A stretch of DNA of 64,000 nucleotides from Candidatus Latescibacterota bacterium. Lineage in GTDB: Bacteria; Latescibacterota; UBA2968. The notes beneath the pieces were generated by a model. The model saw nothing but the letters and a program-made list of their open reading frames with translations, was not told the origin of the DNA and ran no database searches. The DNA lies in contig JAYODI010000001.1 in NCBI GenBank assembly GCA_038279365.1, positions 1 to 64,000 of the forward strand. Direction: 5' to 3'. Positions 1 through 9,165 of the stretch are shown here, in pieces; the stretch's first letter is position 1; each line of letters opens with the position of its first letter. The position numbers and the translations under genes are program-made.

Positions 1-10
1 ATTGAGTTAT

Positions 11-2278
11 CTATCTTGGCGTATTGATCCCAGGATATTGTCCCAATGGCTTGGTGGCTGTTTGCCCACCCACTTTTTGACCAAATAGGCGTGCAAAAAC
101 AAGGAAGTCGGGAAAGTTGACGGAGCCGTCATCATTGAGGTCGATGCGGGCATTGAAGTCACTGTCTGTTGATTTTTTGCCAAAGGCGTTGGCGAAGGCT
201 AAGAAGTCGGGAAAGTCAACGGTGCCATTGCCACTGAAGTCTGATCTGGCAAGGGGATCTGTTGGATAGGTGGTTGTGGGGGTTTGGCCGTTTGTCATCA
301 TGGCAAAAATATCGAGCTTACCATATCCCCAATGGTTGTTTGGAAGGGCACCGTGTGATGATGTGAAATCATCTGTTTTGGCCTGTTTGGTGAGTGCCGA
401 AAATATTTCTGTGTAAGTGGCTTTGGGATTTTTTTGCAAATAGAGCGCAATGGCACCTGCGGTGATAGGCGATGCCATGCTGGTGCCTTGCTCGCGATAA
501 TGCAGACCACCGGCATCTACTGTTTCTGGGTCTGATACGGTGTGAGCGGTTGACAGGGTCGAATAAACGAATTGTCCTGGCGAGACAATGTCTGGCTTGT
601 TGCGTCCATCTGCTGTGGGGCCTCTGCTGGAAAAGCCTGCCAGTGCGCCCAGAACAGCCGTTTCACCATCTACAGCGATGTTGGTTGATGCACCCACAGA
701 GATCAGTTTGGTGGCCGTGGCGGGCATGCCCACAGAATAATTGTTGTCTGTTGCGCGATATCGGCTGTGAGACACCGTTATGTTGACGCTGGGGTTTTCG
801 GCTGTCCAGACGGTTTCTGACCACATGTGAATGGGACTTTTTCCTTTGGCCATAAAACGCCAAAGATCTGCACCTACGGCGTCAAAACCGTTGGGATCGT
901 GAGAGGAGATATAATCATCTATGGCAACGGTGATGAGGAGCTTGCCATCGTCATTGCCGGTGCCAGATACGGTTAATGAAACAATACCTGCTATTTCATT
1001 GTTGCCATAACGCAATGTGTCTGAAGATGAACCGGGCAAACTGAGCAGGGTGATGAGGTCGTACCACTGTGTTTGACCACGTGAACCGAGGGGGGTGATG
1101 GTAGAACCTGAGATGCTTGTGGTGTCAACTCCTATCGCAATAAAGGTATTTGCGGCGTCTGCAGCTGTTGGCAAGGCAGATATGACGCCATTAAATGAAA
1201 AGCTTTTGACTTTTCCACCAACATCATTGTCTGGCAGATCACCTGATATGTCGCCCATGTAGTAGGTCCACAACGAATCGGTTTCCAATGTAAACCCACC
1301 CCAGTGGAGGAATGCCTCGCCTTCGTTGCCTGCGGCAGTGACAAAGGCACGGCCAGGAACGGATGTGGCCAAATTTTCAAGGGTGGTTTCTTCTAAGCTG
1401 GCTCCGTCGTGTGCACCCGAATGAGAGCCTGCACTATAATTGATGACTGCAGGACGGCCTAATGCTTCTGCTTTGGCATAAATAAATGAGGCGGCATCAA
1501 CGGCGTTGTTGAGACCTTTGATGAAAATGATCTCTGATTCGGGTGCTGTGCCTTTGTATTTGCCAATGGCCGAGCCATTGCCTGCTGCAGAACCTGCCAC
1601 GTGGGTGCCGTGCCCGTCTGTGTCACTTTGGCGAACGGTTATTTCTCCACGAAAGTCTTGTTCTAATTGGGCTTGAGTCCAAAGTGTGCCGTAAGAATAT
1701 CCATCGGGTGGAGGGCCTGTTTCGTCTTGTTGGTCCCAAATGTATAAAACGCGACTCTTTGTTGGATCGGATGGGTCACGAAAATCTTTGTGGCGAAAGT
1801 CGATGCCTGTGTCAATCACGCCAACAATTACCCCTTTTCCTGTATAAGCTTGGGTCAATGGCGCTGTACCTGATTGAACCGATGTTGCGCCCACATGTTT
1901 GGATGCTTCATCATTGAGTAAGCGTTTTGGGGCCACTCTTTCCATTCTTTCTACCGAGGGATTTTCTGCGATGGTTAAGATGGTGGCGGGTATGATACGT
2001 GCTGAAACGACATTTCCTACGATTGTTTCTACCTTACCACCTGCATTTAAGACGGCAGTACGAATACCTGAAGGTTGGCCTTTGATCAATATGTTGATGA
2101 AGGGCAAATGGGCACCGGCGGCTTTGCTTAAAACACCATTGGGGGTGTCGCGTTGGATGGCATTGATAATGCGTTTGAGACCTGGGTCCATTTTATTGGA
2201 AAAATTTTGTGCTTGGGCATTCCCTATGGATAGACCCATGACAATCAATGTGAAGACAATGTGTTTGAATTTGTTCAC
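11..2278 (-). CDS. Secreted S8 (subtilisin-like) serine peptidase with C-terminal dockerin-like/EF-hand domain
   Basis: Signal peptide (…GNAQA). Catalytic motifs IDTG, HGTHVAG, AAGN and GTSMASP. C-terminal twin Ca-binding motifs DFSGNGTVDFPDF and DLNDDGSVNFPDF. Confidence 0.9.
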   Translation of the reverse strand: MNKFKHIVFTLIVMGLSIGNAQAQNFSNKMDPGLKRIINAIQRDTPNGVLSKAAGAHLPFINILIKGQPSGIRTAVLNAGGKVETIVGNVVSARIIPATILTIAENPSVERMERVAPKRLLNDEASKHVGATSVQSGTAPLTQAYTGKGVIVGVIDTGIDFRHKDFRDPSDPTKSRVLYIWDQQDETGPPPDGYSYGTLWTQAQLEQDFRGEITVRQSDTDGHGTHVAGSAAGNGSAIGKYKGTAPESEIIFIKGLNNAVDAASFIYAKAEALGRPAVINYSAGSHSGAHDGASLEETTLENLATSVPGRAFVTAAGNEGEAFLHWGGFTLETDSLWTYYMGDISGDLPDNDVGGKVKSFSFNGVISALPTAADAANTFIAIGVDTTSISGSTITPLGSRGQTQWYDLITLLSLPGSSSDTLRYGNNEIAGIVSLTVSGTGNDDGKLLITVAIDDYISSHDPNGFDAVGADLWRFMAKGKSPIHMWSETVWTAENPSVNITVSHSRYRATDNNYSVGMPATATKLISVGASTNIAVDGETAVLGALAGFSSRGPTADGRNKPDIVSPGQFVYSTLSTAHTVSDPETVDAGGLHYREQGTSMASPITAGAIALYLQKNPKATYTEIFSALTKQAKTDDFTSSHGALPNNHWGYGKLDIFAMMTNGQTPTTTYPTDPLARSDFSGNGTVDFPDFLAFANAFGKKSTDSDFNARIDLNDDGSVNFPDFLVFARLFGQKVGGQTATKPLGQYPGINTPR

Positions 2279-2467
2279 GAATAACCTTTCTATAAAACAC
2301 TTAGGCTTGATGGTTAAAATAACTTGATCTATTAAAAAGAAATAAGAAACAACCGCGATTTCACATCTCCTTTCTTTCCTTTTGCGAATGCACCAGTTAC
2401 TTTGCTTCCATTCCTTATTGGGGTATCGGATGGGCTTAAAATATCATTTGTGATTGTTTTTTCAAAC

Positions 2468-2509
2468 AAAAAAACGCCGCTCGAGTTGTTTCTCGAACGG
2501 CGTTTTTTT
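2468..2509. terminator. Intrinsic terminator (bidirectional-type) downstream of the 2520..3689 gene
   Basis: AAAAAAACGCCGCTCGAG-ttgttt-CTCGAACGGCGTTTTTTT hairpin flanked by A and T tracts. Confidence 0.75.
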
Positions 2510-2519
2510 GTTGTTTGAA

Positions 2520-3689
2520 TTACTTCAAAAGGATCATCATTTTGGTTTGTGAGAATGCCCCAGCTTTGATGTGGTAAAAGTAGATGCCACTGGCCACTGT
2601 GCGGCCAAATGCATCTTGCCCATTCCACGAAACACGGTAAGTACCCGCAGACTGTGGTTCATTGACCAACTGACGTACTCGTTGCCCAAGCAGGTTGTAA
2701 ATGGTGAGAGAGACATCGCTGGCTTGTGGCAATTGGTAGCCAATGTGTGTTTCGGGGTTGAATGGGTTGGGATGATTTTGATTGAGTGCAAATGCTGATG
2801 GTACCAGGTTCAAGTCTGCCAACCGTGCGCCTTGTAAGGCATTGATATGGCCTTTGTCATCTGCAATTAAAACATGGTCAATATCAATGCCACTGATGGC
2901 TTCTGGGTTGGTTACTTGAAAGGTGAGATTGAGCAATGTACCATTGTTTTGAATGGTGTTTGCAAAGACATCAGAGAGGATCAAGCCGCCTTCATCTGAC
3001 AAGGTTTGTAACACCACTGGTTGTAAACCTGCACCTTGTGTGATACGCGAAGGCTGGGCTGTTTCTGCACGCATGAGTTGCAGGCCCGACACATCGTAGT
3101 TGAGTGTGAGGTTGTATGCGCTGATTGTTTGGATGTTGTTGATCTTGACCGACAAGGTGACTTGATCGTCTGTTTTTCCGGCTTGTGGCACCAAGGTGAT
3201 GGTGGCGTTTGTATTGGTGCCTGGGTGTTGTTGCAAAGACTTTGTGGCAGGTTTACCACTGACTTTTTGACCAAATAATTGGGCAAAAATAATAAAATCT
3301 GGGAAGTTCACCGAGCCATCGTCATTAAGATCGATGCGAGGGTTAAAGCCACTGTCTGTTGACTTTTGGCCAAACGCACTGGCAAAGGTGATGAAGTTGC
3401 TGAAATCTATGGTGCCATCACCACTGAAATCTGTGCGTGCTTTGGGTTCTGTTGGGTAGGCTGTAGAAGATGTGCCACCTGTTGAGCCACCAGTTGACCC
3501 GCCACCAGCTAATGGGGTGTCGCGGGTGAGTTTTCGAATGCGCCAATCGCTAATGCTTCCTTCGCTGATAAAGACGTTTCCAGATTGGTCAACGGCGAGC
3601 CCCCGTATGGTATCAAATGTTGCTGATGTTGATGGGCCACCATCTCCTTCGTGTCCTTCCTTGCCGGTACCTGCAATGGTATAAAGCAT
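2520..3689 (-). CDS. 5'-truncated secreted protein: NHL repeat + Gly/Ser/Thr linker + dockerin-like + cohesin-like + FlgD-Ig/T9SS-type C-terminal domain
   Basis: NHL motif TIAGTG..GDGGP..ATF..LAVD.SGNVFI. Dockerin-like motif DFSGDGTIDF…DLNDDGSVNFPDF. Cohesin-like beta-sandwich VTLSVKINNIQTISAYNLTLNYD…GTLLNLTFQV. C-terminal FALNQNHPNPFNPET…WNGQD..G..VASGIYFY…KMMILLK. No signal peptide; NHL-like sequence continues in frame upstream to about 3730. Confidence 0.8.
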   Translation of the reverse strand: MLYTIAGTGKEGHEGDGGPSTSATFDTIRGLAVDQSGNVFISEGSISDWRIRKLTRDTPLAGGGSTGGSTGGTSSTAYPTEPKARTDFSGDGTIDFSNFITFASAFGQKSTDSGFNPRIDLNDDGSVNFPDFIIFAQLFGQKVSGKPATKSLQQHPGTNTNATITLVPQAGKTDDQVTLSVKINNIQTISAYNLTLNYDVSGLQLMRAETAQPSRITQGAGLQPVVLQTLSDEGGLILSDVFANTIQNNGTLLNLTFQVTNPEAISGIDIDHVLIADDKGHINALQGARLADLNLVPSAFALNQNHPNPFNPETHIGYQLPQASDVSLTIYNLLGQRVRQLVNEPQSAGTYRVSWNGQDAFGRTVASGIYFYHIKAGAFSQTKMMILLK

Positions 3690-4780
3690 GCCATCGGGGG
3701 TGACTTGGAGGACGATGTCGTTTGCTGTTTGTGCATGTCGCGGCTAAAAATTTCTAAGAAATGTTGTGCCAAAGGCGGAATGTCTTCTGTGCGATTGGCG
3801 AGCAAGGGCAAATGAATCATAAATGTATTGAGGCGATAGTATAGATCTTTTCGAAATGTATTGTGTTGCATGGCCTGTGTTAAGTCGCGATTGGTTGCTG
3901 ATACGACACGGATATCGATAGGGATTTCTTGATTGCTGCCTACTGGGCGAATGCGTCGTTCTTCAAGGGTGCGTAAAAGCCCTGCTTGCATATCTAAGTT
4001 CATGTCTCCAATTTCATCGAGAAATAAGGTGCCGCCATTGGCCAATTCAAAATATCCTTGGCGGGGTTCACGGGCATCTGTGAATGCACCTCGAATATGG
4101 CCATAAAAAGCTGTTTCAAAGAGTGTTTCTGTAATGGCCGAACAATCGACGGCTACAAAGGGGTGGTTGGCGCGGTTGCTTCCTTGGTGAATGGCGCGTG
4201 CAACCAATTCTTTGCCTGTGCCTGTTTCACCCGTGATAAGTACGGTGGTATTGGGCGTTTGGCTGACTTGTTCTATTTTGTTACGGACCGATTGAATGGC
4301 TTTGCTTTGCCCAATGATGGCCGACAAACCATAATTTTTTTGATTGTCTTGATCAACACGGTCTAAGCGTGTGCGAAAGGTTTCGTTTTGACGTTTGAGT
4401 GTTTGAAACCGAATGGTACGTTTTAAGGAGGCGGTGAGTTCTCGTAATTTGATGGGCTTGTTGTAAAAATCGAAAGCACCTTCACGTAGGGCCCGCACCG
4501 CACTTTGCATGTCGCCATAGGCCGTCATCATGATGACTTCGCTGTTGGGTAGTGTTTTTTTGGCGTTGTGTAAAATGTCGAAACCATCACCGTCGGGCAA
4601 TCGAATGTCGGTAATGACAATGTCGATGGGATGGTTTTTGAGCATGGCAAGGCCTTCAGATACTTTGGATGCACTGTGTAGGTGGTGCCCTAAGTCTGTT
4701 AAATAGGTTCCGATGGATTTGATAATATCGGCTTCGTCGTCAATGAGCAGAATGTGTAGGCTCGGATCGGTGTTGTCCAT
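3509..4780 (-). pseudogene. Sigma54-dependent response regulator (NtrC family), C-terminally truncated at about 3730
   Basis: REC domain (LIDDE, TDIRLP, KP). AAA+ motifs GETGTGKE, GAFTDA, LFLDEIG and FRKDLYYRL. Homology stops after FSRDMHK, with no WPGNVREL motif and no Fis HTH. Likely start is the ATG at 4780 (MDNTD). Confidence 0.85.
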
Positions 4781-7700
4781 TTGGTGAGGTTGCCTTTGTA
4801 ATAGGAAGGGTGATGCGAAATGTGGTTTGTCGATTTTTTTGACTGCTACAGGTGATTTCTCCAGCGTGGTTTTGTACAATTGCAAAGGCAATTGAAAGCC
4901 CAATGCCCGTTCCTTTGTCAACGGGTTTGGTGGTAAAAAAAGGTTCGAACACACGTGGTATATCTTTTTCGTTTATGCCAATGCCATTGTCTGTGACTTC
5001 GATAATGATATATGTATTTGAGGGTGTGTCGTCTGTTTTGGTATCGTTGATGTGTGTTTGTTGGTCACGGGTTTGATGTGTGCGAATAAAGATATGTTTT
5101 TCTTCGGATGTGGTTGCATCTAATGCATCGCGTGCATTGCTGAGCAGATTGAGAATGACTTGTTCAATTTGGTGTTGGTGGCCCATTGTTTGAGGCAGGT
5201 GGGTGTCTAGATCCAATATGAGTTGAATGCCATGGCTTTTGATTTGGGCATTCATGATTTTTATACTGGCCCGCACGGCATCGTTGACATCAAATTCTTG
5301 GCCACGTTCTTGGGAAGAATCACGCGAGAATATGCGCAAATTTTCAATGGCGCTGATCATGCGATCTACCAGCCCCAAAATATCTTCCATCATCAGCATC
5401 ATGCGTTTGCGAGAAATTGACATGCCCGATTCGAGGCGCAAATAGACACCTTCTGCAGTGGCCGAAATGGCGGCCAAGGGTTGGTTGAGTTCGTGGGCAA
5501 CACCTGCGGCCATTTGCCCGAGCGACAAAAGGCGTGCAGATTGGAGCAATTGGGCTTCAAGTTCGCGGGCTTCGAGAGTCGTTACAATTTGGCCTGCCGT
5601 TTCGTCTAAGAGTGCGCGCTCTTGTGATTCGGTGAGTACCACACCGGTTTCTACGGCCAATATGCCTCGTGCCTGTTTGCCCCATGCTAAGGTACGGTGG
5701 TAGTGATAGGTATGTGTGGGTGTGGGGTCGCCAAATGTCCAATCGCGGTTGTCAAATGTGAGACACACAAAAGAATTAACAGCCGCAGAGAGTGTTTTTA
5801 AAAGCGCATCACCAGCTTGTAAAATGACTTCTTCGGGGGTGCGTGCTTGCCCCAATGCCACGCGCAAACGATAAAGATAGTGCAATTGACGCAGTTCTTC
5901 ATTTAGGCGAAGGCGCTCGGATTCTGAGCGTACGCGATCTGATATGTTGGTGGCCACACCAATGGCGCCGGTGTATTGGCCATCTTCGGTTTGTAAGGGG
6001 GCATGGTGTATTTCAAACGTGGTGCCCAATAATTCACGAATGGAGACAAATGCATCGCCTTTAAGGGCACGCCGAATATCTGTGCAAACGTTGGGATGTT
6101 TGGCAAAAAGTGTAAAGACCGATTCACCCAAAACATCTGTTTCTGCCAAACCCAACATATCTTGCTCTTTGCCTTGTAAAAAAGTCAGTGTGCCCTGCGT
6201 GTCTACAGCCCAAAAAATAACGGGCGCGCTGGTGACAACGGTGCGCAAGCGTTGTTCACTTGATTGAAGATCTTGTATGGCAATTTCAAAGGCCTTGTGT
6301 GATGCTTGAACTTGGCGATTGCGTTGCATTACACGATGGGTTTGCCATAAAATAGCCACACTTAATAAGGCCATTGTAAAAATAAACCAGGGTTGTATCC
6401 AAACGGGTGCGACGACCATAAAATGAAGTTGGGCTGGTGTGGGATCAATATTAAAGTCTGCGTCTCTTGCGCGTACTTCTAAGGTGTGGTTTCCACTGGA
6501 TAACCCCAAGAAGATGTCGCTGGTTTTGGTTGTAAAAGGCGACCAGGATGTGTTATTGAGTCGATACGAGAATTGAAGGTTTTGATCTGCGGTTATTTGC
6601 CAAGGGTCGGTGCCAGCCCATGAGAGTGTGGTGTTGCCAGGTTGTGAGACATATTGAATGGATGACGTGATGCTTGTTTCTGGTGGGACAGTGTCGGGCA
6701 CATAAGATATGGTATGCCCTTGATAGGTGTTGATCCAAATGGTGTTGTTCTGTATTTGTGTTAGGCTGGGTTGGTAGACATTGGTTCCGATAAGGCGTGC
6801 CAGTTCAATGGGTAATGCGTGTGTGACCCAAGAATGGCCGTCAAAGTAACTGATGCCATTACGTGTGACTGCCCAGATGTTGTTATGCGACGTTGAGAAT
6901 ATGCGCGAGACGTTGATATCTGCAATGCCATCAGCAACATTATATTGGGTCCATGTTTGTCCATCAAAATGGAATATGCCATATAAGCGGGTGCCCACCC
7001 AAAGGTGCCCATTTTGATCGGCGTGCAAGGCATCAATATAAGAGGTAAGCCCAGTGTGGTCTGTCAGGATAGACCACGTTTGGGTACGGGGATTGTATTG
7101 GCGCAAACCAAACCACCCTCCCATCCAAATATATCCATCGGGGGTTTGGGTGAGGCATTCTGGGGGGCCAGATGCTTCAGGGGGCGTGTGGTGATACCAT
7201 ATGCCATCGGGGCTTTGTTGAAAAATGCCTATCGATTCGGCGGCTTGCAAATAGCGTGTGCCATCTGCAGACTGTATCATGTGACGAATGCGCCCAGAGG
7301 CTTCACAGGTGGGGTGTTGGGTTTGTGTCCAGGATTGGCCATTAAAAATGGCGGTTGTCAAGATGCCGCTTTGGTGTCCAACAGCAATGACTTGGTTGTT
7401 GGGTGTTAGGGTGATATAATCGGTTTTTCCCAGTGCACCATCGGCTGTGCCCCAAATTTTCCAGGTGCTTTTTTGTTTGCTGACAATTTGATGCTGGTCA
7501 TTTAAAAACCACTGTGTATCATCGGGGGTGTCACAAAAAAAAGATAAATTTTCAAAGGTTTGCCAGCGTGAGGTTTGGTAATCAAATCGGGCAACACCCT
7601 CGCCTGTGCCAGCCAACCAAAGGGCACCATTTTTTGCTTCGAGCATATGAATATAATTGTGGGGTACATTATATGGCATTTCAACAGATGTAAAGTGATT

Positions 7701-8324
7701 CTCTTGAAATGAATATAACCTGCGACCACTGGCCCATAAAACACCATCACGTGTTTGTGCAAGAGAGGTTACAATAACTGGGTATGTTTTTTCAATCCAA
7801 TCTTGTCCATCAAATTGAAGCAATCCGTGATAACTGCTTTGTGATGCTGTCCAGAGGGTGCCGTCTTGTGCTTTAAACAGGGTGGGGGCGTAATTGACTT
7901 GGTGAAGATCTGCGTGATCAAAGCTTTGATAGGTTTTTGTGCTGTCGAATTGAGAATTGCAGATGGGTGAACGAATGATTTGGCTACGTGCTAAGGCAAA
8001 CCAAAGCTGATTGCTTTGATCTTCGACAAGGGTATAAACGGGGCATTCGTGAAATGTGCCATCTATAAATTGGCGTGTGAGTGTGATATCAAAAGGGTGT
8101 GTTTGGTTTGCGCGTTTGAGCGTAAGGGTAACGTGTGATCCTTCGTCCCCTTTTAGAGCGTCATTGGCCCAAGCGGGTTGTGTGCCATTAATGGCAAGAA
8201 TGTAATCGCCAACTTGTATGCCCGCTTTTTCGGCGGGGCTGTTGGGAGCCACGGACCAAATAACACGGGGTGGTGTGCGACTGCGCAAGCTTGCCCAACT
8301 GCCTTCTATGGCACGAATGCCCAC
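4740..8324 (-). CDS. Sensor histidine kinase (PDZ + two-component beta-propeller + Y_Y_Y-like + TM + PAS + HisKA + HATPase); 3' segment of a split gene
   Basis: PDZ VAPNSPAEKAGIQVGDYILAING. Propeller repeats LWVGT/IWFG. FSYRL…GNHTLEVRARD. TM WIQPWFIF. PAS. H-box AHELNQPL, N-box NLLSNARDA, DNGIGI, FEPFFTTK, GTGIGL. Confidence 0.88.
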   Translation of the reverse strand: MGIRAIEGSWASLRSRTPPRVIWSVAPNSPAEKAGIQVGDYILAINGTQPAWANDALKGDEGSHVTLTLKRANQTHPFDITLTRQFIDGTFHECPVYTLVEDQSNQLWFALARSQIIRSPICNSQFDSTKTYQSFDHADLHQVNYAPTLFKAQDGTLWTASQSSYHGLLQFDGQDWIEKTYPVIVTSLAQTRDGVLWASGRRLYSFQENHFTSVEMPYNVPHNYIHMLEAKNGALWLAGTGEGVARFDYQTSRWQTFENLSFFCDTPDDTQWFLNDQHQIVSKQKSTWKIWGTADGALGKTDYITLTPNNQVIAVGHQSGILTTAIFNGQSWTQTQHPTCEASGRIRHMIQSADGTRYLQAAESIGIFQQSPDGIWYHHTPPEASGPPECLTQTPDGYIWMGGWFGLRQYNPRTQTWSILTDHTGLTSYIDALHADQNGHLWVGTRLYGIFHFDGQTWTQYNVADGIADINVSRIFSTSHNNIWAVTRNGISYFDGHSWVTHALPIELARLIGTNVYQPSLTQIQNNTIWINTYQGHTISYVPDTVPPETSITSSIQYVSQPGNTTLSWAGTDPWQITADQNLQFSYRLNNTSWSPFTTKTSDIFLGLSSGNHTLEVRARDADFNIDPTPAQLHFMVVAPVWIQPWFIFTMALLSVAILWQTHRVMQRNRQVQASHKAFEIAIQDLQSSEQRLRTVVTSAPVIFWAVDTQGTLTFLQGKEQDMLGLAETDVLGESVFTLFAKHPNVCTDIRRALKGDAFVSIRELLGTTFEIHHAPLQTEDGQYTGAIGVATNISDRVRSESERLRLNEELRQLHYLYRLRVALGQARTPEEVILQAGDALLKTLSAAVNSFVCLTFDNRDWTFGDPTPTHTYHYHRTLAWGKQARGILAVETGVVLTESQERALLDETAGQIVTTLEARELEAQLLQSARLLSLGQMAAGVAHELNQPLAAISATAEGVYLRLESGMSISRKRMMLMMEDILGLVDRMISAIENLRIFSRDSSQERGQEFDVNDAVRASIKIMNAQIKSHGIQLILDLDTHLPQTMGHQHQIEQVILNLLSNARDALDATTSEEKHIFIRTHQTRDQQTHINDTKTDDTPSNTYIIIEVTDNGIGINEKDIPRVFEPFFTTKPVDKGTGIGLSIAFAIVQNHAGEITCSSQKNRQTTFRITLPITKATSPNGQHRSEPTHSAH

Positions 8325-8333
8325 GCCTGCAAT

Positions 8334-8932
8334 CTATGGCTCTATTGGGCGCCATAGGCGTTTGGGAATGTGCTCTTCGGGAATGATGTGGGTGATGAGG
8401 GTGGGCATCAATGTCGCGAGGGTTTTGGCCATTTCTGCTGTGGTATAAAGCTCTGGAGATATTGGATCTGCTTTTAACAACCCCCAACCCGTGCCTGCCC
8501 ATAAAATGCCTCCGTCTGTTTCGTAAAGTGCATTAATGGGCCACGGTAAATCGCCTTGTGCTGGGAAGTGTCTTGCCCAAGTGCCATTTTGGTATATGCT
8601 GATACCTTTTTCTGTACCTGCATAGAGTCGGCCATCTTTGCCTGCACAAAGGACGAAGACTGGGGCTCCCAATAAACCATCTCGTGGGGTATACGTTTGA
8701 TATGTGATGCCATCATAAGACCATACCCCGTTATCTGTACCAAACCATATGATACCATCTTGGGCTTGTGCCATAGTGCGCAATCCCTGCCCTTTGAGTT
8801 CTGGAAAAACGGTCCATCGCCAAGGTTCTTCAAATGGGTTGGGGTGTGTGGGGACGTAGGGCTTTGTGGCACGTGTCGCGGATGTAAGACCAATTAAAAA
8901 AAAAGAGCAACGATAAGGCGCACATGAATCAT
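8334..8932 (-). pseudogene. 5' segment of the same histidine kinase (signal peptide + first propeller repeats)
   Basis: In frame with 4740..8324 across a single TAG at 8334-8336. Propeller repeats IIWFGTDNG, LYAGTEKG and LWAGTGWG. The signal peptide starting at ATG 8932 is out of frame because of the A9 tract at 8896-8904. Confidence 0.8.
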
Positions 8933-9040
8933 TGAGTGGGTCTCTTTGAGACAAATCATATGGTGTGATATTGGATTGGGGTAAAATAACGATGTGTAAT
9001 GGTATTCGTCAAGCGTGGGCTTGGTGCCGGTTTGCACAGA

Positions 9041-9069
9041 TTGACAATTGTGAAAAGAGAAGCTATATT
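9041..9069 (+). promoter_or_regulatory. Sigma70-type promoter for ggt
   Basis: TTGACA-17 nt-TATATT. Confidence 0.55.
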
Positions 9070-9165
9070 GTGCCCTTGTCTTTACTTATAATGTTATGAT
9101 ATGATTTTTGAATGTTATTGGTTGCGGTTTGATGCGCAAGTGATAGTAGGAAGGGGGTAGTATCT

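Noticed and set aside
8334-8336. Pyrrolysine recoding of the in-frame TAG
   Set aside because: No pyl genes in the window, the protein is not a methylamine methyltransferase, and the locus has two other lesions; mutation or error is more parsimonious.
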